This document shows, piece after piece, positions 1-7,026 of a DNA stretch of 28,099 nucleotides. The first letter of the stretch is position 1; every line of letters starts with the position of its first letter. The position numbers were made by a program, and so were the translations under genes. The notes below the pieces were generated by a model. The model worked only from the letters and a program-made list of their open reading frames with translations. It had not been told where the DNA came from and made no database searches. Source of the stretch: a virus (taxonomy: Duplodnaviria > Caudoviricetes); IMG/VR virus record IMGVR_UViG_3300021338_000069, positions 1 to 28,099 of that record. The stretch is one strand, 5' to 3'.

Positions 1-141
1 ATCGCGGCGCGGGACGCCTCGGCGCTGGCCGTGGGGCTGGTGCGGGCCGAAAGCTATGCCGACCTGAGCGCGCTGGCGCGGCCAGAGGACGGGCTGCCGC
101 TGCAGCGCCTTCTGCCGCTCTGGCGCGAGGTGCGGGCATGA
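1..141 (+). CDS. 3' end of a hypothetical phage protein (partial, starts upstream of the window)
   Basis: Frame 1 is open from position 1 (IAARDASALAVGLVRAESYADL...WREVRA) to TGA 139-141, which overlaps the next ATG as ATGA. Confidence 0.6.
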   Translation: MAARDASALAVGLVRAESYADLSALARPEDGLPLQRLLPLWREVRA

Positions 142-482
142 GCGATCTCGGCGCAGTCTCCAGACAACTGTTCACCCTCGCGGATGCTGGTCAGCTGATC
201 CATCTGACGCCGCAGGCTTTGCGGGACATCGCAACAGCGCTGGACCGGGCCAATGAGGTTCAGGCCGAGGCGCAGGTCGTCGCCGCCAGTCAGGACGCGA
301 CGATCAAGGCGGCCATCAAGGCCCGGGGAGAGCGGCTGGCGGCGCAGGCGTTGAATGCCGATGCGGCGGAAAAGCGCGCCGCCGCACGGCGGGACCGCCG
401 GTTTGCCTGGCGGCTGGTCGGCGTCCAGGCGGCGATGCTGGCCGCGTTCGTGGCGGCGCAGATCTGGTGGAGGATGCGATGA
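138..482 (+). CDS. Hypothetical protein, Ala-rich helical, with a C-terminal transmembrane segment
   Basis: ATGA coupling at both ends. The C-terminus FAWRLVGVQAAMLAAFVAAQIWW is hydrophobic. Confidence 0.7.
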   Translation: MSDLGAVSRQLFTLADAGQLIHLTPQALRDIATALDRANEVQAEAQVVAASQDATIKAAIKARGERLAAQALNADAAEKRAAARRDRRFAWRLVGVQAAMLAAFVAAQIWWRMR

Positions 483-787
483 GCGAGGATTGGGGGCCGT
501 GGATCGAGCATGACGGGCGTGGATGTCCTCTGAAGGCTGGCGAGGTCGCAAAGGTCCGTCACGTTCGGTCCGATGGTACTTCGGAGGAGGCTGTGAATCC
601 GATGGTAGACCACCCGTCGTGGTGGCATGGGAATTTCGGACAGCCCGTGCTTTTCTGGGGCCGTCTTTGGGTATGCGGGAAGATCACGCACTACCGCATC
701 CGCAAGCCGCGCAGCAGCTGCGAAGCTGTCGATCGCCTGCGCCGGATCGCCGAAAATCCGCAGCCTCTTGAGGAGGTTCCGGTATGA
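479..787 (+). CDS. Hypothetical phage early protein (WIEHDGRGCP...ITHYRIRKPR type)
   Basis: ATG 479 overlaps the upstream TGA and has GGAGG upstream. The motifs resemble small early-region proteins of alphaproteobacterial phages (recognition only). Confidence 0.75.
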   Translation: MSEDWGPWIEHDGRGCPLKAGEVAKVRHVRSDGTSEEAVNPMVDHPSWWHGNFGQPVLFWGRLWVCGKITHYRIRKPRSSCEAVDRLRRIAENPQPLEEVPV

Positions 788-990
788 CCATTCACGAAAC
801 CTCAGCGGGATCGGTATGCGTTCTGGGGGCGCATTTCCGACCGAGCTCACCCAAGGCCGGCGGGGTGCCCGCTGTTGGCGCCGGCCGTTTTTCCAGACCC
901 CGCGGGCGGCGGGTGATCCACCCTACCTCCCTGTTGGACTTCCCCCGGCGCGCTCCGGCCGCCGGGGGCTTTTTGCGGGGAATGGCATGA
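784..990 (+). CDS. Possible 68-aa ORF overlying a structured RNA region
   Basis: ATGA-coupled at both ends (784-787 and 987-990). The composition is atypical and the region is full of hairpins, so it may be non-coding. Confidence 0.35.
   Translation: MTIHETSAGSVCVLGAHFRPSSPKAGGVPAVGAGRFSRPRGRRVIHPTSLLDFPRRAPAAGGFLRGMA
942..974 (+). terminator. Intrinsic terminator-like hairpin just upstream of the methyltransferase
   Basis: CCCCCGGCG (942-950) pairs with CGCCGGGGG (960-968), followed by CTTTTT. Confidence 0.6.
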
Positions 991-1754
991 CCGCCGCCGA
1001 CATCACCATCGGGCCGGTGCGGCTGATCCGCAGCGATTGCCGCGCTGTTCTGGCGGACCTCGACCCCGTCGATCAGGTGATCTGCGACCCGCCCTATGAG
1101 CAGTCGTTGCACGACGCCAAGAACTCCGGTCGCGCGCTGCGGGCTGACGGTGGAGCGGAGCTGCGCGGGCTGGATTTCGACGGCATCGACGCCTACCGCA
1201 CCGACTTCGTGGCGCAGGTCGTGCCGCTCTGCCGGGGGTGGCTGATCGCCTTCTGCACGGCTGAGGGGGTAGGCCGCTGGGCCGATGCGATCAACCCGGC
1301 CAAGGGGATCCGCTACAAGCGCGCCTGCGCCTGGCACAAGCCGGACGGCGCGCCGCAGTTCAACGGGCAGGGGCCGGCCGCCTGGGGCGAGATGTTCGTC
1401 GCCGCCTGGTGCGGCACCGGATACGCGCGCTGGAACGGGGGCGGCAAGCGCGGCTTCTATTCCGAGCTGGTCAACCCGCGCGACCGGCACGGCGGCCACC
1501 CGACGGAAAAGCCGTGGCGGCTGATGCGCAACATCCTGTTCGACTTCACCGGGCCGGGCGATCTGGTGCTCGACCCCTTCGCGGGCAGCGGCGCCACGCT
1601 GGTGGCGGCGGTGCTGACCGGCCGCCGCGCGATCGGGATCGAGATCAACCCGGACTATTTCGACATGGCGGTGGCGCGGGTGCGCAAGGCGGTGGCCCAG
1701 GCGGGCGCGCTCGGCATCCAGCCGGCGCCGCAAATACAGGAGGCATTGCTGTGA
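987..1754 (+). CDS. Orphan N6-adenine/N4-cytosine DNA methyltransferase, beta class
   Basis: Catalytic DPPY motif, then HPTEKP, then the SAM-binding LDPFAGSG and GIEINPDY motifs. The likely start is ATG 987 (ATGA overlap), not 627. No adjacent restriction endonuclease. Confidence 0.92.
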   Translation: MTAADITIGPVRLIRSDCRAVLADLDPVDQVICDPPYEQSLHDAKNSGRALRADGGAELRGLDFDGIDAYRTDFVAQVVPLCRGWLIAFCTAEGVGRWADAINPAKGIRYKRACAWHKPDGAPQFNGQGPAAWGEMFVAAWCGTGYARWNGGGKRGFYSELVNPRDRHGGHPTEKPWRLMRNILFDFTGPGDLVLDPFAGSGATLVAAVLTGRRAIGIEINPDYFDMAVARVRKAVAQAGALGIQPAPQIQEALL

Positions 1755-2344
1755 CGACGATAGCGGACATCCGGGCGCGCCACGCCCGGGAGAGGGCGCA
1801 GACCAAGGCGCGCGAACAGGCGGTTCACATTTTTGAGTACGCCGTCGCGCAGATCGAGGCGCTGGGGTTCGACGTGGTGTCGGGTGTCGAGGACAGCGGA
1901 TACCTGTCGCTCGCCTTCGCCCCGCACCAGAAGATCGACCCGCCGCAAACGGCCGCGCCGGAGGGCGAGGCGGTGGACGACCACACCGGGCAGTACGAGG
2001 GGCGGGTGGATCTGCCGGACGACCCTCCGCCCGCCGCAGATCCGCCGCTCGACGATCCGAACGCGCCGCGTGCGGTCTTAACCGTGCCGGGTGTCGTAGA
2101 GCGCCGCTGCACCATCGTGGACGACGACACGGGAGAGGTCACGGCGCGCGGGGGCGGTGCGCCGTCAACGCATGCCGAGAGAGCGGAGGCCAACGGCCTG
2201 TCGCCATACTTGGTCGTGCTGGCATCGATCTGCGATGTGCAGGACAGGGCCACCCGGGCGGCCCTGTCGCGCCTGGCGCGCTATTGCGCGGATGGGTTTG
2301 ATGACCTGTCGGAAGTCCCCTGCAAGGACCGGAGCACGTCATGA
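1751..2344 (+). CDS. Hypothetical protein
   Basis: GTGA overlap with the MTase stop, GGAGG RBS at about 1739-1743, and ATGA overlap with the next gene. Confidence 0.65.
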   Translation: MTTIADIRARHARERAQTKAREQAVHIFEYAVAQIEALGFDVVSGVEDSGYLSLAFAPHQKIDPPQTAAPEGEAVDDHTGQYEGRVDLPDDPPPAADPPLDDPNAPRAVLTVPGVVERRCTIVDDDTGEVTARGGGAPSTHAERAEANGLSPYLVVLASICDVQDRATRAALSRLARYCADGFDDLSEVPCKDRSTS

Positions 2345-2565
2345 GCGTCCGTCCGGTACCGAAGGGGTTTCAGCCGGTCGGCGCGCCGGCGCTCCGCGTG
2401 ATGTCGGCGGCCATGCGCGAGGCCAAGCTGCGGCTGATCGCCGGGCTGACGCAGGAGGAGCTGCGCGGCTGGAAAATGGCGCGGCGCTACGATCCGCGCC
2501 CGGATTTCGATGGAGAGCGGGCGGCGCTGGCCGCACGCGCACGGGAGTTGGGGGTGCAGCTGTGA
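2341..2565 (+). CDS. Hypothetical 74-aa protein
   Basis: GGAG RBS, coupled at both ends, GC3-rich codons. Confidence 0.7.
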   Translation: MSVRPVPKGFQPVGAPALRVMSAAMREAKLRLIAGLTQEELRGWKMARRYDPRPDFDGERAALAARARELGVQL

Positions 2566-3008
2566 CCAGATTGAGCGATGCGACACAGGAAACGATGGAG
2601 CAGGAGGCCGCGGCACTGCGCGCAGGCCTCGATCGGTTTTCCGCCGAAGCGCAGCTCGATGCGCTGCTGGGCCACATGGCCGCGCTGCTGATGTCGGTCA
2701 GCCGGGAGGAGGCCGGGCCGGTGGCGGCGCTGCTGTGCAAATGGCTGGAGGAGGTAGGCGGCGGCATGCCGGACCAGGCCGGATTCGGAGCGCTGCGGGA
2801 AGACGCGGACTTCTGGGCTGATATCGCCACCCCGCGCGAGCTGGAGGCCTACGTCGGCGCCGGTCTGCGGCGGATGGAGACCACGCATTTCGCCGCCGCA
2901 GCGCGCAAGCGCATCCTGGTGGCGCTCTGGGAGAGCATGGACGACGGCGACCGCCGCAGGTTCCTGGCCAAGGTCGACCCGTCTGGGCGGTTCCGGAGCG
3001 CGGCATGA
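2562..3008 (+). CDS. Hypothetical helical protein (DADFWADIATPRELEAY motif) coupled to the helicase gene
   Basis: GTGA start overlap and ATGA overlap with the helicase. Typical codon usage. Confidence 0.75.
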   Translation: MTRLSDATQETMEQEAAALRAGLDRFSAEAQLDALLGHMAALLMSVSREEAGPVAALLCKWLEEVGGGMPDQAGFGALREDADFWADIATPRELEAYVGAGLRRMETTHFAAAARKRILVALWESMDDGDRRRFLAKVDPSGRFRSAA

Positions 3009-4810
3009 GCGAGTACGACGACGACCCCTTTGCCGGGCTGGACCCGGTGACCGCGGACGGGCCGCCGGACCATTCTCCGGAACAGCCGGGCGGGCCGCCG
3101 TCCGACGCTCCGGAGGACATGGTGGAGCGGCTGTGCCGGGCCGCGCAGCAGCCGCTCAACGACCACGGCAACGGCCAGCGGTTCGTCACCCACTTCGGGG
3201 ACGACGTGATGTCGGTTCCGCGGGTCGGGTGGTTCGCATGGTCCGGGTCGCATTGGCGCAAGGACGAAGATCAGCTTGCCGTGCGCCGGCAGGCGCAGCG
3301 CCTGTCAGACCTCATCCTGCGCGAGATCCCGCACCTGCCGATGACGCAAGCGGAGCAGGCGGCGATGGCCGACCGGGCGGACGTGTCCAGCAGGTTGCGG
3401 GAGCTGCTGGCGATCCCCAAGGGGGACAGGTCGGAGGAGCAGGCCCGGGAGGTTGCGGGCCTGCAGCAGCGGTCCGACGCGATTTCGGAAGTCGAAAAAC
3501 GGCTCAGGGACCGCCGCTCGCGCCACCGCAGCTTTGCCAATACCACGGGCAATTCCGCCCGCATCGACAACGCGATGAAGGAGGCAGGGGTCGAGCTGGC
3601 CGTCGCCTTTGACGATCTCGACGCCGAACCGCTGGTGGTCAACACGGAGTCGCACGTGTTGCGCTTCGCGGTGACGGATGCCAGCGCCGACGGCGGCGGC
3701 CGGGTCTGCGACATCGCCCCGGAACCCCACCGGCGCGAGCAGCGCCTGACCAAGATCATGGGCGCCGGATACGATCCGGATGCCGGCCACGACGCCTTCG
3801 ACGCGTTCCTGGAGCGGATCCAGCCGGACCGCGAGATCCGCGAGTTCCTGAAACGGTGGTTCGGCCTCAGCATGTCCGGCCTGCCGATGCAGCGGCTGGT
3901 GTTCCTGTACGGCGCCGGCGCCAACGGCAAATCCGTGCTGGTCGACACCATTGCCAGGATCATGGGCGGCTATGCCGCGACCGCGCGGATCGAAAGCCTG
4001 ACCGGTTCGAACCGGCGCGGCGGCGGCGATGCCACGCCGGACCTGATCCCGCTGATGGGCGCGCGGATGGTGCGCACCTCGGAGCCGGACGAAGGCCAGC
4101 GCCTGCAGGAGGGGCTGATCAAGGAACTGACCGGCGGCGAGCCATTGCAGGTGCGTGCCCTGCACTCCGACTTTGTCGAGGTGCGGCCGATCTTCAAGCT
4201 GACCATGTCCGGCAACCACAAGCCCGAGATACGCGGGACCGACGACGGTATCTGGCGGCGGGTTCTGCTGGTGCCCTTCGACGTGCAGATCCCCGAGGCG
4301 GAGCGCGACCCGGAGCTGGTCGACAAGCTGTTCGCGGAGCGGGCCGGCATTCTGAACTGGCTGATCGAGGGGCTGATGGAGGTGCTGGAGGGCGGGCTCG
4401 CGCCGCCGGCGGCGGTGACAGAGGCCACCCGAGAGTATCGCGACGAAAGCGACCCGATCGGGATGTTCCTCACCGCCTGCTGCGTCATCACCGGAGATCC
4501 GGGAGACGTGATCACCTCCAAGGTCCTCGGAGATGCCTTCACGCTGCACATGATGGAGCGGGGAATGAGCCCGTGGAAGCCGACGACGTTCTCCCGCCAG
4601 CTATCGGCCAAGGCGCGCGCATGGCGGCATCCTGAGACGGGAAAGCAGTTCGCCAAGGGTAAGGCCAGCATATCGCAATATGTCGGGCTGCGGTTCACGG
4701 ATGCCTTCAGGCGGCGGTTCGACGACGCGCCGAAGGACAGCTCGGGCAAGCCGCTGGCGGCGCAGTCAGGCGATGCCCCGTACCCCGATACAGATTTCAC
4801 GGGAGGCTAG
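3005..4810 (+). CDS. Phage/plasmid P4-family (D5-like) SF3 helicase, 'primase C-terminal domain' protein
   Basis: D5_N-like NDHGNGQRF...WFAWSGSHW, Walker A GAGANGKS, motif B region ARMVRTSE, IKELTGGE, motif C GNHKPEIRGTDDGIWRRVLLVPF, and a likely C-terminal winged helix. Confidence 0.93.
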   Translation: MSEYDDDPFAGLDPVTADGPPDHSPEQPGGPPSDAPEDMVERLCRAAQQPLNDHGNGQRFVTHFGDDVMSVPRVGWFAWSGSHWRKDEDQLAVRRQAQRLSDLILREIPHLPMTQAEQAAMADRADVSSRLRELLAIPKGDRSEEQAREVAGLQQRSDAISEVEKRLRDRRSRHRSFANTTGNSARIDNAMKEAGVELAVAFDDLDAEPLVVNTESHVLRFAVTDASADGGGRVCDIAPEPHRREQRLTKIMGAGYDPDAGHDAFDAFLERIQPDREIREFLKRWFGLSMSGLPMQRLVFLYGAGANGKSVLVDTIARIMGGYAATARIESLTGSNRRGGGDATPDLIPLMGARMVRTSEPDEGQRLQEGLIKELTGGEPLQVRALHSDFVEVRPIFKLTMSGNHKPEIRGTDDGIWRRVLLVPFDVQIPEAERDPELVDKLFAERAGILNWLIEGLMEVLEGGLAPPAAVTEATREYRDESDPIGMFLTACCVITGDPGDVITSKVLGDAFTLHMMERGMSPWKPTTFSRQLSAKARAWRHPETGKQFAKGKASISQYVGLRFTDAFRRRFDDAPKDSSGKPLAAQSGDAPYPDTDFTGG

Positions 4811-5132
4811 GGAAGGTAGAGCGATGCGGCGGGAAGATAGCGCATTTACGGGGTCAGGGGGAAAACTGTTGTGACACAGAGGCTTGCGCGTCGCTGCGGG
4901 AGGGTGGGGAGGCTGGGGAGGCAAAATCTGACCTACGCGTATGCGCGCGCGCGACATTGGGATGGCGGTAAAATGGGTGGAACAGGAAATCTTAAAAAAC
5001 ACTACAAAATGCCTCCCTATCCTCCCTTCCTTCCCTTTGGATCGAAAAGTTCGAATGAAACCAATTGGTTGATGTTTGAGAAACAGCGGGAGGATAGCGC
5101 GATTGCGGAACGGCTATCCTCCCTACCTTCCC
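4801..5132. repeat. Putative replication origin with iterons GGGAGG(A/C)TAG in both orientations around AT-richer spacers
   Basis: Forward copies at 4801, 4810, 4831, 4898, 4907, 4916 (partial) and 5088. Reverse copies at 5012 (partial), 5017, 5027 (partial), 5114 and 5123. Lies directly after the helicase gene. Confidence 0.65.
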
Positions 5133-5199
5133 GCATGAAATCAGGATGTTGTGGGTTGGAATGTTGGCGACGCTAAATCTTGGAGTGAGGGGAACGGGC

Positions 5200-5832
5200 A
5201 TGAACGGGATGGAACAACTGGTCAGGGACATCGAGGCGCGCTACTGCAAGGACGGGCAGGGCGCCGACAGGTCACCGATCTTTCGGCGCGGCAAGCCATA
5301 CTGGTACGCGCTGCGTGTCGTGCCGCAGCGAGAGGATCAGGCGGAGGCATGGCTGCGGTTGCGGGGGGTCTACGCCTTCCACCCGGTGCTGACGCGCAAG
5401 GCGAAACGGTTCGGCGCGATGCGGGAATATCAGCGCCGCTATCTGCCAGGGTATGTCTTTGCGCGCTTCCCCGGAGATCCGGTGGTGCATGCGGTCACCA
5501 GCGGCCCGTTCATCACCGGCGCGCTGTGCCGGTCCGATGGCACATGGGGCGCGCTGGAACCGAAGAAGCTGCGCGCCATCCACCAGATGCGCAAGGTGGA
5601 CGCCGAAGCGGACGCCGCGCGCAAGGCAGAGCGGGCACGCCGCCGCCGGCAGCGTCTGGTGGGAGAGGGGGATAGCGCGCTGTTCCGCAGCGGGCCGTTC
5701 TCCGGGTTCACCTGCGAGGTGGTGGAACTTCGGGCCAGCGGCGGTGCGATGGTGCGGTTCAGCCTGTTCGGACGCGAGACAAGCGTCGAGGCGTCGACCG
5801 GCGATCTGGTTCCGTTGCGCAAGACAGGTTGA
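5200..5832 (+). CDS. NusG-family (NGN + KOW) transcription antitermination factor, phage paralog
   Basis: NGN motifs WYALRVVPQRE and YLPGYVFARF. KOW-like GDSALFRSGPFSGFTCEVVE...VRFSLFGRETSVE. The start may be 5200 or 5209. Confidence 0.9.
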   Translation: MNGMEQLVRDIEARYCKDGQGADRSPIFRRGKPYWYALRVVPQREDQAEAWLRLRGVYAFHPVLTRKAKRFGAMREYQRRYLPGYVFARFPGDPVVHAVTSGPFITGALCRSDGTWGALEPKKLRAIHQMRKVDAEADAARKAERARRRRQRLVGEGDSALFRSGPFSGFTCEVVELRASGGAMVRFSLFGRETSVEASTGDLVPLRKTG

Positions 5833-5858
5833 CAGATCGGCGCGGCAGCGGTTACCGT
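5829..5858 (+). promoter_or_regulatory. Sigma70-type late promoter overlapping the stop codon of the NusG paralog
   Basis: Consensus TTGACA at 5829-5834 contains the TGA stop. An 18-bp spacer leads to TACCGT at 5853-5858. The position is equivalent to lambda pR' after Q. Confidence 0.65.
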
Positions 5859-5985
5859 CGCGTCCCAATAGCCCTATGCCGGTGACCCCCTCTGCCAAAG
5901 CAGACCGTGGCCCGTGCGGGTGGGCGGCGGGCTCCGGTTCAGAACCCAGGTTCAGAAAACGCCGAGAGTGACACGCCTGCAATGT

Positions 5986-6020
5986 GCCCGGAGGTATCAT
6001 CCCTGCCGGGCCTTTCTTTT
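5986..6020 (+). terminator. Leader intrinsic terminator (tR'-like)
   Basis: GCCCGG-AGG pairs with CCT-G-CCGGGC (5986-6011), followed by CTTTCTTTT. Confidence 0.6.
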
Positions 6021-6096
6021 GTCCGGGTGGAGCAGATGGTAGCTCGGCGGGCTCATAACCCGCAGGTCGCAGGTTCAAGTCCTGCCCCGGCAACCA
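6021..6096 (+). tRNA. tRNA-Met(CAU), initiator-like, with an irregular acceptor stem
   Basis: D arm GAGC/GCTC (A11-U24), anticodon arm GCGGG-CTCATAA-CCCGC (three G-C pairs next to the loop), T arm GCAGG-TTCAAGT-CCTGC, discriminator A and encoded CCA. The acceptor GTCCGGG/CCCGGCA has two terminal mismatches, or a bulged U if the tRNA starts at 6020. Confidence 0.88.
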
Positions 6097-6105
6097 ATTC
6101 GGACG

Positions 6106-6167
6106 CGTCGCGGGGGCGACGTTAGGCGCCGGCCCGTCCTCTCCTCCTCCCCGGGCGGGCTGGTGCT
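6106..6167 (+). ncRNA. Hairpin pair; the second has a CCUCCUCCC anti-Shine-Dalgarno loop (cuckoo/alpha-r14-like module)
   Basis: Small hairpin CGTCGC/GCGACG at 6106-6121. A 15-bp stem 6125-6139/6153-6167 with four G-U pairs closes the loop TCTCCTCCTCCCC. Confidence 0.6.
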
Positions 6168-6180
6168 GATCGGAGATCGC

Positions 6181-7026
6181 ATGGCACGACTGACGACGGT
6201 TCGCCCGAAGGTGGGTGCGGGCAAGCCGCGCATCGACAATTCGGTTGCGGATGCGCGGCGGCACGATGCGGTGCGCCGGGCGGAGCAGGACTGGCGGCGG
6301 TGGTACAAGACGAAGGCGTGGTCGCTGTTGCGCGATCAGGTTCTGATCCGCGACGGCATGACCTGCTGTCAGACCGGGGTGCCTCTGGTCGGGCGTGGCC
6401 GGGCGCCGAATGCGCCGGTGGTCGACCATCGGCGGCCGCATCGCGGGGACCGTGCGCGGTTCTTTGATCCCGGCAACTGCCAGTCCGTCAGCAAGCTGTG
6501 GCACGACAGCGTCAAGCAGGCGATCGAGCGCGCGGCGCAGTCGAGTGGCGCGGCTCAGACGCATCCGGAGTGGATCGGTCGGTCGCTGGTTCCGGTCGTT
6601 CTGGTGGCCGGGCCGCCATGTGCTGGCAAGTCGACGTTGGTGCGGTCGCGGCGCGTACCGGGCGATCTGGTGCTGGATCTGGATGAGATCGCGTCGATGC
6701 TGTCCGGGCAGGACCTGCACGGGTGGGATCGTCGACGCTGGCTTGGCCCGGCGTTGCGGGCGCGGAACGCCGTGCTGGCGCAGCTGGGCCGGCGGGCGGA
6801 CTGGCCCCGGGTCTGGTTCATCGTTTCGGAGCCGAAGGCGGAGGTGCGGGACTGGTGGCGCCGGGCGCTCGGGGTGTCGGAGGTGGTGGTGGTCGCGCCG
6901 GATAGTGTGGGCGATAGCCTGGCGCGGATGCCTGCGGGGCGTGGCGACGGGACCAGGTCTGCAATCAGTCGGTGGTGGCGCGACTACAGCAGCGATCCGA
7001 GGGATGAGGTTGTGTCCGGGCGCTGA
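6181..7026 (+). CDS. Packaging-associated HNH endonuclease fused to a P-loop kinase/ATPase (AAA_33-like) domain
   Basis: N-half: WYKTKAW...VLIRDGMTC...VVDHRRPHRGD...FFDPGNCQSVSKLWHD (HNH). C-half: VLVAGPPCAGKSTLV (Walker A) and DLVLDLDEI. GGAG RBS at 6172. Confidence 0.85.
   Translation: MARLTTVRPKVGAGKPRIDNSVADARRHDAVRRAEQDWRRWYKTKAWSLLRDQVLIRDGMTCCQTGVPLVGRGRAPNAPVVDHRRPHRGDRARFFDPGNCQSVSKLWHDSVKQAIERAAQSSGAAQTHPEWIGRSLVPVVLVAGPPCAGKSTLVRSRRVPGDLVLDLDEIASMLSGQDLHGWDRRRWLGPALRARNAVLAQLGRRADWPRVWFIVSEPKAEVRDWWRRALGVSEVVVVAPDSVGDSLARMPAGRGDGTRSAISRWWRDYSSDPRDEVVSGR

Noticed and set aside
627-986. N-terminal extensions in the ORF track (MTase from 627, terS from 6395, Dit from 17401, membrane protein from 24917)
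   Set aside because: They overlap other genes. The downstream starts have RBSs and/or stop-start coupling.
4871-5176. ORFs across the iteron region
   Set aside because: Atypical composition, better explained as non-coding origin DNA.
904-5931. GGGCGGCGGG shared by the 855-986 structure and the late leader as an ops-like site
   Set aside because: An all-GC 10-mer is expected by chance in this composition, and it does not match the ops consensus.
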